Shown: positions 39,794 to 50,002, counted from the stretch's first letter. The stretch: DNA of 64,000 nt from Desulfocurvus sp. (GCA_020692325.1 JAIMKR010000006.1:67933-131932), one strand, 5' to 3'. The notes: generated by a model not told the origin, from the sequence alone. Numbers and translations: made by a program.

Positions 39794-41772
39794 GCGTCAT
39801 GATCTGCCACTGCGGCAACAACATCGCCGCCACCGTGGACGTGGAGGCCGTGGCCGCGGCCGCCCGCGAGTTCCCGGACGTCGTCTTCGCCACGGACCAC
39901 ATGTACGCCTGCTCCGACCCCGGCCAGAAGACCCTGGAGCAGACCATCCGCGACCTCAAACTCGATGGCGTGGTGGTGGCCTCGTGCTCGCCGCGCATGC
40001 ACGAGGTGACCTTCCGCCGCGCCGTGGAGCGCGCGGGCCTGAACCGCTACATGTTCGAGATGGCCAACATCCGCGAGCACGTGGCCTGGATTTCGCTGGA
40101 CCGCAAGCGCAACACGGAAAAGGCCACCGACCTTGTGCGCATGGCCGTGGAGAAACTGCGCCACGACCGGCCGCTGACGCCCAAGAGCTTCGACGTGCAG
40201 AAGCGCGTGCTCATCGTGGGCGGCGGCGTGGCCGGCATCCAGGCCGCGCTGGACTGCGCCGACGGCGGGCTGGACGTGGTGCTGGTGGAGCGCAAAGCCT
40301 CCATCGGCGGGCTCATGAGCCAGTTCGACAAGACCTTCCCCACCATCGACTGCTCCGTGTGCGTGCTGGGGCCCAAGATGGTCGACGCCGGGCAGAACCC
40401 GCGCATCACCCTGCACGCGCTTTCCGAGGTGGACGAGGTCTCCGGCTACGTGGGCAACTTCGAGGTCAAGATCAAGAAGCACGCCACCTACGTGGACTGG
40501 TCCAAATGCACGGGCTGCGGCGCCTGCCAGGAGAAATGCCCCAGCAAAAAGGTGCCCGACGCCTTCAACGAGAACGTGAGTCTGACCACGGCCATCGGCA
40601 TCCCCTTCCCGCAGGCCATTCCCAAGCGCGCCACAATCAACGCCGCGTACTGCCTGAAGCTCACCAAGGGCAAATGCGGCGCGTGCGAGAAGGTCTGCCC
40701 CACCGGGGCCATCGCCTACGACATGACCGACGAGGTGGTGACCGAGAAGGTGGGCGCGATCATCGTGGCCACGGGCATCGATCTCTTCGACCACAGGAAG
40801 TGCGGCGAGTACGGCGCGGGGCGCTACCCGGACGTGGTGACCTCCATCGCCTACGAACGCATGCTCTCGGCCTCCGGCCCCACCGCCGGGCACATCAAAC
40901 GCCCCAGCGACGGCCGCGAGCCCAAAACCGTGGTGTTCATCTCCTGCGTGGGCAGCCGCGACCGGTCGCTGAACCGTCCGTACTGCTCCGGATTCTGCTG
41001 CATGTACACGGCAAAGCAGGCCATTCTGACGCGCGACCACATCCCCGACTCCCGGGCCTACGTGTTCTACATGGACATCCGCGCCAACGGGAAGGGCTAC
41101 GAGGAGTTCGTGCGCCGGGCCCAGGAGGAGTACGGCGTGGAGTACGTGCGCGGCCGCGTGGCGCAGATCCACCCCGACCCGGAAACGGGCAAACTCATCG
41201 TGCGCGGGGCGGACACGCTGCTGGGCCGGCAGGTGGAGGTGGCGGCCGACCTCGTGGTGCTGGCCGTGGGGGCGGAGGCCTCGCACGGCGCGCCGGAGCT
41301 GGCCGAAAAGCTGCGCATTTCCTACGACGCCTACGGATTCTTCATGGAGAGCCACCCCAAGCTGCGGCCGGTGGAGACGAACACGGTCGGCGTGTTCCTG
41401 GCCGGAGCCTGCCAGGGCCCCAAGGACATCCCCGCCAGCGTGGCCCAGGCCAGCGCGGCCGCGGGCAAGGTGCTGGGCCTGCTCTCCAAGGACAAGCTGG
41501 AAAGCGATCCGCAGATCGCGCAGGTGGCGGCCAACCGCTGCATTGGCTGCGGCAAGTGCGAGCGCACCTGCCCCTTCGGGGCCATCCGTATGCGCGAGCT
41601 GCGCGACGGAAGCAAACGCGCCGAGGTGGTGGAGACCGTGTGCCAGGGTTGCGGCATCTGCTCCGTCACCTGCCCGGTGCGGGCCATCCAACTTCAGAAC
41701 TTCACCGATTCGCAGTTGTTGGCGGAGGTCAACGCGCTATGCCGGACGTGGGACGAGACTACAGAATCATAG
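39784..41772 (+). CDS. hdrA: Heterodisulfide reductase subunit A (flavin-based bifurcating subunit)
   Basis: ICHCG.NI, ASCSPRMHE, ANIREH, GGGVAG, FPTIDC, CVGSRD, YCS..CCMY, several ferredoxin motifs. Confidence 0.95.
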   Translation: MRIGVMICHCGNNIAATVDVEAVAAAAREFPDVVFATDHMYACSDPGQKTLEQTIRDLKLDGVVVASCSPRMHEVTFRRAVERAGLNRYMFEMANIREHVAWISLDRKRNTEKATDLVRMAVEKLRHDRPLTPKSFDVQKRVLIVGGGVAGIQAALDCADGGLDVVLVERKASIGGLMSQFDKTFPTIDCSVCVLGPKMVDAGQNPRITLHALSEVDEVSGYVGNFEVKIKKHATYVDWSKCTGCGACQEKCPSKKVPDAFNENVSLTTAIGIPFPQAIPKRATINAAYCLKLTKGKCGACEKVCPTGAIAYDMTDEVVTEKVGAIIVATGIDLFDHRKCGEYGAGRYPDVVTSIAYERMLSASGPTAGHIKRPSDGREPKTVVFISCVGSRDRSLNRPYCSGFCCMYTAKQAILTRDHIPDSRAYVFYMDIRANGKGYEEFVRRAQEEYGVEYVRGRVAQIHPDPETGKLIVRGADTLLGRQVEVAADLVVLAVGAEASHGAPELAEKLRISYDAYGFFMESHPKLRPVETNTVGVFLAGACQGPKDIPASVAQASAAAGKVLGLLSKDKLESDPQIAQVAANRCIGCGKCERTCPFGAIRMRELRDGSKRAEVVETVCQGCGICSVTCPVRAIQLQNFTDSQLLAEVNALCRTWDETTES

Positions 41773-42341
41773 GTTTTCTTTGCAACTGGTGTTCCTACGG
41801 CGGCGCGGACGCGGCGGGCACTGCCCGCTTCTCCCAGCCCACGGACCTGCGCATCATCCGCGTGCCCTGCTCCGGCCGCGTGGATCCCATGTTCGTGGCC
41901 AAGGCGCTGCTTTCGGGAGCCGACGGCGTGCTCGTCTCCGGCTGCCACCCGCGCGACTGCCACTACTCCGAGGGCAACTTCTACGCCCGGCGGCGGCTGG
42001 AGATGCTGCGGCGCTTTCTGCCCATCATCGGCGTGGACGAGGGCCGCTTCGAGTACATCTGGGTCTCCGCCTCCGAGGGCTCGCGCTGGCGCGACATGGT
42101 CACCGCCTTCACCGACAAGATCCACAAGCTCGGGCACATGCCGCGCATGACCGAGCCGGCGCACACCCTGTGCGTTCTGGAGGGGATGCTCGGCCAATCG
42201 CTCGCGCAGCCCGACATGGGGCATTCGCCCGACGGCCATCCGGCCGGCGGCAATCCTGACGCGGCGTCCGAACCGCGGCTACCGGATTGGAGCAAGCCCG
42301 CCGAGGCCGACGCGACGGGAAAGGAGAACGGCAATGGCTGA
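41739..42341 (+). CDS. flxD: FlxD / MvhD-like [2Fe-2S] subunit
   Basis: FLCNWCSYGGAD, RVPCSGR, GCHPRDCHY, WVSASEG; extra ~55-aa low-complexity tail. Confidence 0.85.
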   Translation: MPDVGRDYRIIGFLCNWCSYGGADAAGTARFSQPTDLRIIRVPCSGRVDPMFVAKALLSGADGVLVSGCHPRDCHYSEGNFYARRRLEMLRRFLPIIGVDEGRFEYIWVSASEGSRWRDMVTAFTDKIHKLGHMPRMTEPAHTLCVLEGMLGQSLAQPDMGHSPDGHPAGGNPDAASEPRLPDWSKPAEADATGKENGNG

Positions 42342-43302
42342 AGAGTCCCGCACGGCGCGGCTCATCGAGGCCGTGAAGGCCGAACTGCCCAATCTGGACT
42401 TCGTGCTCGGCTACTCGCGCGGGTTCGACGCCCTGCACGCCACGCCCATCTCGGTGCGCACCGGGGCCGACGCCGACCAACTCGTCTTCGACCCGACATG
42501 CGTGGAGAATCTGGCCACCAGCCTGTACGGCCAGAGCGGCAAACGCATCGGCATCGTGGTCAAGGGCTGCGACTCGCGCTCCATCATCGAGCTGATGCAG
42601 GAGAAGCTCATCGTCCGCGAGAACCTCGTCATTTTCGGAATGCCCTGCCGGGGCGTGCTCGACCTGGCCAAAGTGCGCGTGCGCGCGGACATCACCCAGG
42701 CGCGCGGCGTCGCCTTCGGCGCGGAGGAGGTGCGCCTGCTCCTGCCCGATGGCGAGCGGGTGCTGCCCCGGCGCGACGTGCTGGCCGACAAGTGCCTGCG
42801 CTGCCGCTACCCCAATCCCCTGGTGGCCGACCACATGATCGGCCCGGAGGTGGAGCGCGCCGGCGAGGAGGACTCCTACGCCGACCTGATGGCCTTCGAG
42901 AAGCTCACCGAGCAGGAACGCTTCGACTTCTGGAAACGGCAGATGAGCCGGTGCATCCGCTGCTACGCCTGCCGCAACGCCTGCCCGCTGTGCGTGTGCA
43001 AGCACGTGTGCCTGGCCGACAGCCGCGAGCCCCACTGGCTCTCCGCCGAGGCGAATCTGCAGGAGAAATGGCTGTTCCAGGTGATGCACGCCCTGCACCT
43101 GGCCGGCCGCTGCACCGAATGCGGCGAGTGCCAGCGCTCGTGTCCCATGGGCATTCCCATCCTGCTGCTCAAGCGCAAGATGAACCGCGAGCTCAAGGAG
43201 CTTTTCAACTACGAGGCGGGGGTGGACCCGGAGGCCGTGCCGCCGTTGCACACCTTCCAGATGGAAGAGGAGAAGATCAAGGATCGGGGGCAGCTATGGT
43301 AG
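42334..43302 (+). CDS. flxC: FlxC-like 4Fe-4S protein
   Basis: VKGCDSRS, CIRCYACRNACPLCVC, AGRCTECGECQRSCP. Confidence 0.8.
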   Translation: MAEESRTARLIEAVKAELPNLDFVLGYSRGFDALHATPISVRTGADADQLVFDPTCVENLATSLYGQSGKRIGIVVKGCDSRSIIELMQEKLIVRENLVIFGMPCRGVLDLAKVRVRADITQARGVAFGAEEVRLLLPDGERVLPRRDVLADKCLRCRYPNPLVADHMIGPEVERAGEEDSYADLMAFEKLTEQERFDFWKRQMSRCIRCYACRNACPLCVCKHVCLADSREPHWLSAEANLQEKWLFQVMHALHLAGRCTECGECQRSCPMGIPILLLKRKMNRELKELFNYEAGVDPEAVPPLHTFQMEEEKIKDRGQLW

Positions 43303-44357
43303 CGCGATTTCTGGCGGATGACGCCCTGACCCGGCAGGCCGAGACCTGGGCGCGTGACTATCGCCTGCTGGCCCCCGTGCGCGAGGGGCAGGCGGTGGTC
43401 TATCGCACCTGGGCACCGGACATGCGTCCCTTCCTCGGCCGTCCGCCCACCGCGTCGGCCAAGCAGGCGCTTTTGCCGCAGACCGAAAACCTGCTCACCT
43501 ACACCTATCGCAAGGAACCGACGGACCTGACGCGCACCGAGGTTTTTCTGGCCGAGCCCCTGCCGCCGGAACCCACAGTGGTGCTGGGGGCGCGCCCCTG
43601 CGACGCGCGCGCGGGCAAACTGCTCGACCGCGTGTTCCTGGAACGCGGCGTGAAGGACGAACTCTACGCCCGCCGCCGCGCGGCCACGCTATTCGTCACC
43701 GTGGCCTGCGAAAGCATGGAGAACACCTGCTTCTGCCACTGGACCGGCGGCGGCCCGACCTCCGAGGAGGGCTCGGACGTCATGCTCTTTCCCGTGAGCG
43801 GCGGCTACGTGGCCCGCGCCATCACCGAGGCCGGGGAGAAGCTCCTCGCCGCCCTGCCGGAGGCCCCGGCCGCCACGATGGAGGAGCTGGCCGGCATTCT
43901 GGCGCACCTGCCGGAGCCCGGCCCCGCGCCGGACCTGCGGCAGGCCCCGGAGCGCTTTCTCAAGCTCTTCGACGACATGGACTTCTGGACCGACGAGAGC
44001 GCCCGTTGCCTTTCCTGCGGGGTGTGCACGTACCTGTGCCCCACCTGCTCCTGCTTCAACATCACCGACGAGGACTGGGGGCTGAAGGGCAAGCGCGTAC
44101 GCACCTGGGACACCTGCATGAGCGCCCTGTACACTCTTGAGGGCAGCGGCCACAATCCGCGCTCCGCCCGCGCCCAGCGCCTGCGCAACCGCGTGGGGCA
44201 CAAATTCTGCTACCACCCGCGGGAGTTCCCCGGCGAGACCGGCGGCCAGCCCGAGGTCTCATGCACGGGCTGCGGCCGCTGCATCAAGTCCTGTCCGGTC
44301 AGCGTGGACATCCGCCGCATCGTGCGGGACATTCTGGAAAAGGGGGAGGGAAAGTGA
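43296..44357 (+). CDS. flxB: FlxB-like (AsrA-family) 4Fe-4S protein
   Basis: RPCD, CFC, CLSCGVCTYLCPTCSCF, CTGCGRCIKSCPV. Confidence 0.82.
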   Translation: MVARFLADDALTRQAETWARDYRLLAPVREGQAVVYRTWAPDMRPFLGRPPTASAKQALLPQTENLLTYTYRKEPTDLTRTEVFLAEPLPPEPTVVLGARPCDARAGKLLDRVFLERGVKDELYARRRAATLFVTVACESMENTCFCHWTGGGPTSEEGSDVMLFPVSGGYVARAITEAGEKLLAALPEAPAATMEELAGILAHLPEPGPAPDLRQAPERFLKLFDDMDFWTDESARCLSCGVCTYLCPTCSCFNITDEDWGLKGKRVRTWDTCMSALYTLEGSGHNPRSARAQRLRNRVGHKFCYHPREFPGETGGQPEVSCTGCGRCIKSCPVSVDIRRIVRDILEKGEGK

Positions 44358-45184
44358 CCGGCAATCCCTACATGCCGCAACTGGCGACCATCGTCGAAAC
44401 CTTCGACGAGACGCCGGACATCAAGACCTTCCGCGTGGTCCTGCTGGATCCCGAGGCCATGGCTAAATTCACCTTCCTGCCCGGACAGGTGGCGCAACTT
44501 TCCGCCTTCGGCTCGGGCGAGAGCACCTTCGTCATCAACTCCCCGCCGACGCGCATGGACTCCCTGCAATTCACCGTCATGCGCGTGGGCGAGCTGACGC
44601 ACCGCCTGCACACCCTCAAGGCCGGCGACCCCGTGGGCCTGCGCGGCCCGCTGGGCAACCACTTCGACGTGGAGGGCATGAAGGGCCGCGACATCGTCTT
44701 CATCGGCGGCGGCGTGGGCATGGCCCCGCTGCGCACGCTTTTGCTGTACATGCTGGACAACCGCGCCGACTACGGCGACATCACGCTCATCTACGGCGGC
44801 CGCTCGCCCGAACACCTGTGCTACAAGGCCGAACTGGCCGAATGGACCGCACGCGGCGACATGCGCGTGGAGCTCACCGTGGACAACCCGGACAAGGACT
44901 GGAAAGGCCGCGTGGGCGTGGTGCCCACTGTGCTCACCGAACTGGGCACCAGCGCGAAAAACGCCGTGGCCGTCACCTGCGGGCCGCCCATCATGATCCG
45001 CTTCACCATCCAGGCGCTGGAGAAGCTCGGCTTCACCGACGAGCAGATCGTGACCACATTGGAGCGGCGCATGAAGTGCGGCGTCGGCCTGTGCGGCCGC
45101 TGCAACATCGGCGACAAATTCGTCTGCGTGGACGGCCCCGTGTTCACCCAGGCCCAGCTGCGCGGCCTGCCCCAGGAATTCTAG
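44354..45184 (+). CDS. flxA: FlxA-like (AsrB/PyrK-family) FAD/NAD-binding oxidoreductase
   Basis: RGPLGN, GGGVGMAPL, CGPPIM, LERRMKCGVGLCGRC, VCVDGPVF. Confidence 0.85.
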   Translation: MTGNPYMPQLATIVETFDETPDIKTFRVVLLDPEAMAKFTFLPGQVAQLSAFGSGESTFVINSPPTRMDSLQFTVMRVGELTHRLHTLKAGDPVGLRGPLGNHFDVEGMKGRDIVFIGGGVGMAPLRTLLLYMLDNRADYGDITLIYGGRSPEHLCYKAELAEWTARGDMRVELTVDNPDKDWKGRVGVVPTVLTELGTSAKNAVAVTCGPPIMIRFTIQALEKLGFTDEQIVTTLERRMKCGVGLCGRCNIGDKFVCVDGPVFTQAQLRGLPQEF

Positions 45185-45229
45185 TCGTCGGGGTGTTGAC
45201 ATCCTCGCCCAAAAGCGTAGGTAAGGAAC

Positions 45230-45712
45230 CGTAGACCCTTTCCTTCAACTTGCCAGTGGAGGATACGCCAATGGACCAGTCAGCTTCGTAGCTGGTTGAA
45301 GAACGGCGGCTCTGTCGAAACCGGTCCGGCGCATTCGTCGCCGGGCAAGCCCGCCCGCAAGGGGCGGCGGAGCGCAGCCGAAGCGTTCCTGCCAGTTTCT
45401 CAAAACGCCTCCCGTGGAGTTCGGGAGGCCGCCCGAGCAACCACCAGGCGCCCCCCAACTGGCGCACACCGAAAAAATCGGCTGGGTGGAATCGTCGGCG
45501 TTACCGAAGGCCGAAAACCAGAAGCCGCCCGGACCAGGGCGCAAATGGCCAGGTTCCGCAACACGTCGCGAACCCGGCAGGCGCACTCCGCCTCTCCCGC
45601 CCACCCATGGCGGTCCACAAGGCGATAGGCGCGGCGCGCAAACGCCGCTTGGCGAAAACACCGCACACAAAAAGGCCGCTTCCGGACAACCGGAGGCGGC
45701 CTTCCTTTTTTT
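45230..45712 (+). ncRNA. Candidate structured small RNA / sORF-containing transcript
   Basis: TTGACA at 45196, nested hairpins 45243-45388, GGAGG plus 6-codon ORF MDQSAS, terminator with U-tract at 45672-45712; no known family recognised. Confidence 0.3.
45672..45712. terminator. Rho-independent terminator
   Basis: aaggccgcttccgg-acaa-ccggaggcggcctt, A-run on the left and T-run on the right. Confidence 0.75.
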
Positions 45713-45725
45713 CTCAGCGGGCCGG

Positions 45726-46157
45726 CTAGCGGAAACGCAGCAGCACGAACTCCGAGGGGCTGAGCGACCCGTCGTGGTCGGCGTCGGCTTGCTCGAAGGC
45801 CTCGCGATGCCTGCGCGCGAAGTAACGATCCAGGTCCTCGCGGCTCACATAGCCGTCGCCGGTGATGTCCAAATCGCGCGCGCGCACCGGCCCCAACCTT
45901 TCGAATCCCGTGATGCCGGCGGCCTCGAACTCCTCGGGCGTGATGACGCCGTCGCCGTCGCGGTCCACATCGGCGATGTGGAAGGGCTTGGCCGCCGAGC
46001 TTTTGCCCTTGGCCCAGTCCAACACCTCGCGCAGGCTCACGCGGCCGTCGCCATCGGCGTCGACCCGGCTGAATTCCGGCAGGCCCGGCACCTGCGCCAG
46101 GGCCGGGGCGGCGAGCAACAACGCGACGACGAGGACGGCGGGGACGATGCCACGCAT
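45726..46157 (-). CDS. Secreted EF-hand calcium-binding protein
   Basis: Signal peptide; DADGDGRVSLRE, DVDRDGDGVITPEE, DITGDGYVSRED, DADHDGSLSPSE. Confidence 0.9.
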   Translation of the reverse strand: MRGIVPAVLVVALLLAAPALAQVPGLPEFSRVDADGDGRVSLREVLDWAKGKSSAAKPFHIADVDRDGDGVITPEEFEAAGITGFERLGPVRARDLDITGDGYVSREDLDRYFARRHREAFEQADADHDGSLSPSEFVLLRFR

Positions 46158-46173
46158 GGTGTTCTCCTGGTGG

Positions 46174-46965
46174 TTAAAGAAAGCGCACGGGCGGGTGCTT
46201 GCGCTCGGGCAGACGCTTGAAGCCGTACTTGGGCCGGCCGAGCATGAGCGCGCCATAGATCTTGTGACTCTCGGGAATGCACAGGGCCGAGGAAATGGTC
46301 TTGCTGCGGCCGGCGGCATGGGTGAACAGCCCGGCCCAGCATGTGCCCAGGCCCAGGGAGTGCGCGGCCAGATCGAAGTGCGCCAGGGCCACCACGCAGT
46401 TGGAGGCGTTGTCCATGCCGCCCTTGGGCGCGTGGGCCACGATGAGCTGCGGCGCGTTGCGCAGAATCAGATCAACGCCCTGGTCCCAGGCGTTGAGGTA
46501 GGGCATGAAGTACGGCAGCCGGCGCAGCGACTTGGCGGTCAGATCGACCAGCAGGACCATGAGGTCCGGGTCCTCCACCACGATCCAGTTCACCGGCTGC
46601 GTGTTCACGCCCGAAGGCGCGTAGCGCGCGATGTCGATGCAGCGGCGCACCAGTTCGCGCTCCACGGGCTTGGAACGGAAGCGGCGCACGCTGCGGCGCG
46701 AGCGCAGGAACTGGGCCAGCGCCTCGGGGCTGGCCGCGAGCGCGGGGTCGATGGGGGGCAAGTCCGCCGCGTGCTGGCCGGCCAGGGAAAGCGCCCCGGT
46801 GGGACACACGGCGATGCAGTGTCCGCACAGGATGCAGCGATCGGCGGCGTTTTGGGCCACCACGGGAAATTTGTTCTTGCCGCGCTCCAGCAAAAACGCG
46901 GGGCATTCGGAAATGCACAGACCGTCCTTGTTGCACAGGGAGAGGTCGATTTCGATGTGAGACAC
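46174..46965 (-). CDS. Nitroreductase-family protein with N-terminal ferredoxin domain
   Basis: CNKDGLCISECP, CILCGHCIAVCP, RRSVRRF, APSGVN.QP, GLGTCWAG. Confidence 0.9.
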   Translation of the reverse strand: MSHIEIDLSLCNKDGLCISECPAFLLERGKNKFPVVAQNAADRCILCGHCIAVCPTGALSLAGQHAADLPPIDPALAASPEALAQFLRSRRSVRRFRSKPVERELVRRCIDIARYAPSGVNTQPVNWIVVEDPDLMVLLVDLTAKSLRRLPYFMPYLNAWDQGVDLILRNAPQLIVAHAPKGGMDNASNCVVALAHFDLAAHSLGLGTCWAGLFTHAAGRSKTISSALCIPESHKIYGALMLGRPKYGFKRLPERKHPPVRFL

Positions 46966-46978
46966 GCCGTCCTCCTGG

Positions 46979-48223
46979 TTAGAGCTGGGAAACGACGCCG
47001 ACCACCGCCCCGGTCATGAGGGAGGCGATGACGCCGGCGAAAAGCGCGCGCAGTCCAAGGCCGGTGATCTCGCCGCGACGCTCCGGGCACATGGTGCCCA
47101 GGCCCGCGATGAGGATGCCCACGCTGCCGAAGTTGGCGAAGCTGCACATGGCGTAGGCCAGGATGAGCCGCGCCTGCGGCCCCAGCGCCCCCGGCGGCAG
47201 CGCGGCCATGTCCATGAAGGCCAGGAACTCGTTGAGAATGACCTTGGTGCCGATGAGCGCGCCCGCGGTGTGCGCCTCGGCCCAAGGCACGCCGATGAGC
47301 CAGGCCACGGGAGAAAGCAGCACGCCCAGACCGCGCTCCAGCGTCAGCGGCGAACCGCCCACCGCCGGCAGCGCGCCGAGGCCCAGGTTCACCAGCTTCA
47401 CCACCGCCACGAAGACGATGAGCATGGCCACGATGTTCCAAAAGAGCGTCAGCCCCTCCCATGTGCCCCGGCACAAGGCGTCCACGGAGCCAGACGCCGT
47501 CGATTTGGGCATCGCGCGGCCCAGGGTGGGCTGGTGGTCCTCCGGCAGCAGCACCGAGGCAATCAGCAACGCCGCCGGCGCGTGGATCACACTGGCCGTG
47601 AGGATGTGCCCCAGGGCGTCGGGAATCACCGGCCCCAGCACGGAGGCGTAGAGCATGAGCATGGTGCCGGCAATGCAGCTCATGCCCGTGGCCATGAGGG
47701 CGAACAACTCGCTGCGCGTCATCTCCGCCAGATACGGGCGGATGAGCAGCGGCGATTCGATCATGCCGAGGAAGATGCAACCGGCCGCGCCCACGCCCAG
47801 CGCCCCGCCGATGCCCATGGTCTTCTCCAGCATCAGGGAGAACAGCCGCACCACGCGTTGCATCACGCCCCAGTAAAAGAGCAGCGAGGTGAGCGCCGCG
47901 ATGACGATGACCAGCGGCAGCGACTGGAACGCCAGACTGAAGTTCAGCGTGGGATTGACCGGGGCGTATGGGGTGGGGCCGCCGCCGATAAAGCCGAAGA
48001 CGAAGCTCGTGCCCGCGCGGGTGGCGGTCTCCATGGCCTGCACCACGGAGTTGAGACCCATGAACAGGTCCTTGATCCAGGACACGCGCAGCACCAGCCC
48101 GGCGATGGCGAGCTGCAACCCCAGACCGGCGAGGATCATACGCCAGGGCACGTTGCGGCGGTTTGCGCTGAAACACCAGGCGAGAAACACGAGACAGACG
48201 AGACCGAGGGCGCTGTGCAGCAC
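46979..48223 (-). CDS. NupC/CNT-family nucleoside:cation symporter
   Basis: IFLGMIESPL..RPY, MT(R)SELF, K..LNEFLA, CSFANFGSVGI. Confidence 0.9.
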   Translation of the reverse strand: MLHSALGLVCLVFLAWCFSANRRNVPWRMILAGLGLQLAIAGLVLRVSWIKDLFMGLNSVVQAMETATRAGTSFVFGFIGGGPTPYAPVNPTLNFSLAFQSLPLVIVIAALTSLLFYWGVMQRVVRLFSLMLEKTMGIGGALGVGAAGCIFLGMIESPLLIRPYLAEMTRSELFALMATGMSCIAGTMLMLYASVLGPVIPDALGHILTASVIHAPAALLIASVLLPEDHQPTLGRAMPKSTASGSVDALCRGTWEGLTLFWNIVAMLIVFVAVVKLVNLGLGALPAVGGSPLTLERGLGVLLSPVAWLIGVPWAEAHTAGALIGTKVILNEFLAFMDMAALPPGALGPQARLILAYAMCSFANFGSVGILIAGLGTMCPERRGEITGLGLRALFAGVIASLMTGAVVGVVSQL

Positions 48224-48645
48224 GTTTTGCTCCGAAAATGGATTGGAATGGTTACCATGCGCGATTTCGTGTCGTTTGTGAAGAGGCGCGGCGGCGGGAG
48301 CGAGGTCGTTCGCGCGTGGTCGAGAATGCGTGGTTTATTTTGTGGATACTGAATATATTGCGAATGAATAAATGAGGAACAATCCCTGCAACCTGTGTAA
48401 AGGCAACGTCAGTTGCGCGATGGCGACGCGCCGATCCGCGGCGGAAACGTCGCCCTCACGTTGCCGGCGACTCCCGGGCCGGTGCTCACGCCAGCCGGGC
48501 AGCCCACCAGCCTCAACGCGCAGTAGCCGTCGATGGGGATTCCGCCGGGAATTGTTTTTGCCCGTCGGGTTGACCCCAACCCCTTGCGCGCGTTACGCCT
48601 TTGGAAACCGCATACCGCGCGGACGAACATGGGAAGGAGCGCGCC

Positions 48646-49446
48646 ATGACCCGACAACCCCGCCTGCTCGATCAATGTCTGGGCGGCGCATGGGACGCCC
48701 TGAACACCCATGCCCCGCTGCGGCATTGCGTGCTCGGCACCATCCTCTGCCTCACGCTCCTGTGCGTCACGCTCGCGGCCTTCGGCGTGACGACGCACGT
48801 GGGCAAGGCGACGGAAGTCTATTCGCCACGACTCTTCGGCGTGTTTTTCCTGCCGGCGGAATTCTATATCTACGACCTGTTCCTGGGACACGAGCCACGC
48901 GCCGGCTTGGCCATGTACCGGGACATGCGCATGGCGCGGCTGCTGTGGGTCACGTTCAAACTCACCGTGGCCTGCCTCGCCGCCATGGCCGTCGTCATCC
49001 TGCCGGGCGTCTTCGTGCTGGGCCTGTTCAAGGGCGCGGGCGGATCGGTCCTGCTGGGCGTGGGGCTCGTGGTCGTCATCTGGCTGCTGCTTTTCGTGGC
49101 GCTGCTCGGGTACGTCGTGCGCTTCATCTTCCTGCCCGTGGCCGTGGCCCTGCGCCGCGAGCGGCCCATCGCCGAGCTTTACCACGCCACGGAAGGCAAA
49201 GCCTGGCGGCTCGCCCGCGCGCTCCTGTTCCCTTATGGCGCGCTCGTGGCCGTGGAGATCGGGGTGGAAATCGTCGGCCCGGCGCTGGAACGCAGCCTGG
49301 GCTTCGTGGGGCTGGCCCCGTGGTTCCTGGTCGACGCCTGCCTGACCGGTTTCATCTCCTGCGCCTCGGCGGCGCTGCTGGCCATCGTCTACCGGCGCGA
49401 CATCGAACCCGACGGGCCCGAACTCACAGAAACTCCGGGAATTTGA
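48646..49446 (+). CDS. Hypothetical multi-pass membrane protein
   Basis: AAGGAG RBS, several hydrophobic helices, host-like codon usage. Confidence 0.7.
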   Translation: MTRQPRLLDQCLGGAWDALNTHAPLRHCVLGTILCLTLLCVTLAAFGVTTHVGKATEVYSPRLFGVFFLPAEFYIYDLFLGHEPRAGLAMYRDMRMARLLWVTFKLTVACLAAMAVVILPGVFVLGLFKGAGGSVLLGVGLVVVIWLLLFVALLGYVVRFIFLPVAVALRRERPIAELYHATEGKAWRLARALLFPYGALVAVEIGVEIVGPALERSLGFVGLAPWFLVDACLTGFISCASAALLAIVYRRDIEPDGPELTETPGI

Positions 49447-50002
49447 CCATGCGCGCCTTCTGGTCGATGAACTCGCCGTCGGTGCGGAACGTGCCGTCGC
49501 CGTTGTGGTGCAGCGTTCGCGGCAGCCGACGCGGCACGGCCGTGGACTCCAGCTCCGGCCAGGCCTCGTCGGCCCAGGCGGCCACGCCTTCCAGCACGAA
49601 CAGATCGTAGCGCTCCACCAGCGCGTCGTCGGTCACCCGGCACTCGATGTTGGCCACGCAGCCCTCGATGAGGGGGACGCGCACCTTTGCCGCCTTTCCC
49701 CGCCCGATGCCGAACTCCCTGAATTTGTCGCGATCCGCGCCCGAGCAGTTGCCGATGTCCGTCACCAGCGCGGCCATGTCCGCCGTGGGAATGGCCAGCA
49801 CGCACTCGCGCGTGTCGCGCAGGGCGCGGAAGCTGTAATCGCCCTCGCTGACCACGCAGGCGATACGCGGCGGCATGAAGTCCATCATCATGTGCCAGCT
49901 CATGGTCATGACATTGTCGCGCCCGTTGCGCGAGGTGGCGAGCAGCACCACCGGCCCGGGCTCCAGCAGTTGGAAGACCTTGTCCAGCGGGAATACGCGC
50001 AT
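49424..50002 (-). CDS. Flavin reductase-like (DIM6/NTAB) protein
   Basis: LEPGPVVL, NVMTMSWHMM, IGNCSG..DKF, ANIECRV, TLHHNGDG. Confidence 0.88.
   Translation of the reverse strand: MRVFPLDKVFQLLEPGPVVLLATSRNGRDNVMTMSWHMMMDFMPPRIACVVSEGDYSFRALRDTRECVLAIPTADMAALVTDIGNCSGADRDKFREFGIGRGKAAKVRVPLIEGCVANIECRVTDDALVERYDLFVLEGVAAWADEAWPELESTAVPRRLPRTLHHNGDGTFRTDGEFIDQKARMVKFPEFL

Noticed and set aside
39784-42341. Possible selenocysteine recoding in HdrA or FlxD
   Set aside because: Both frames are open with Cys at the motif positions; no in-frame TGA needs explaining
45271-45729. Amber (pyrrolysine) read-through of the MDQSAS sORF, since the frame appears to stay open after the TAG
   Set aside because: The downstream translation is low-complexity and not protein-like, long open frames are expected at this GC, and no pyl genes are present in the window
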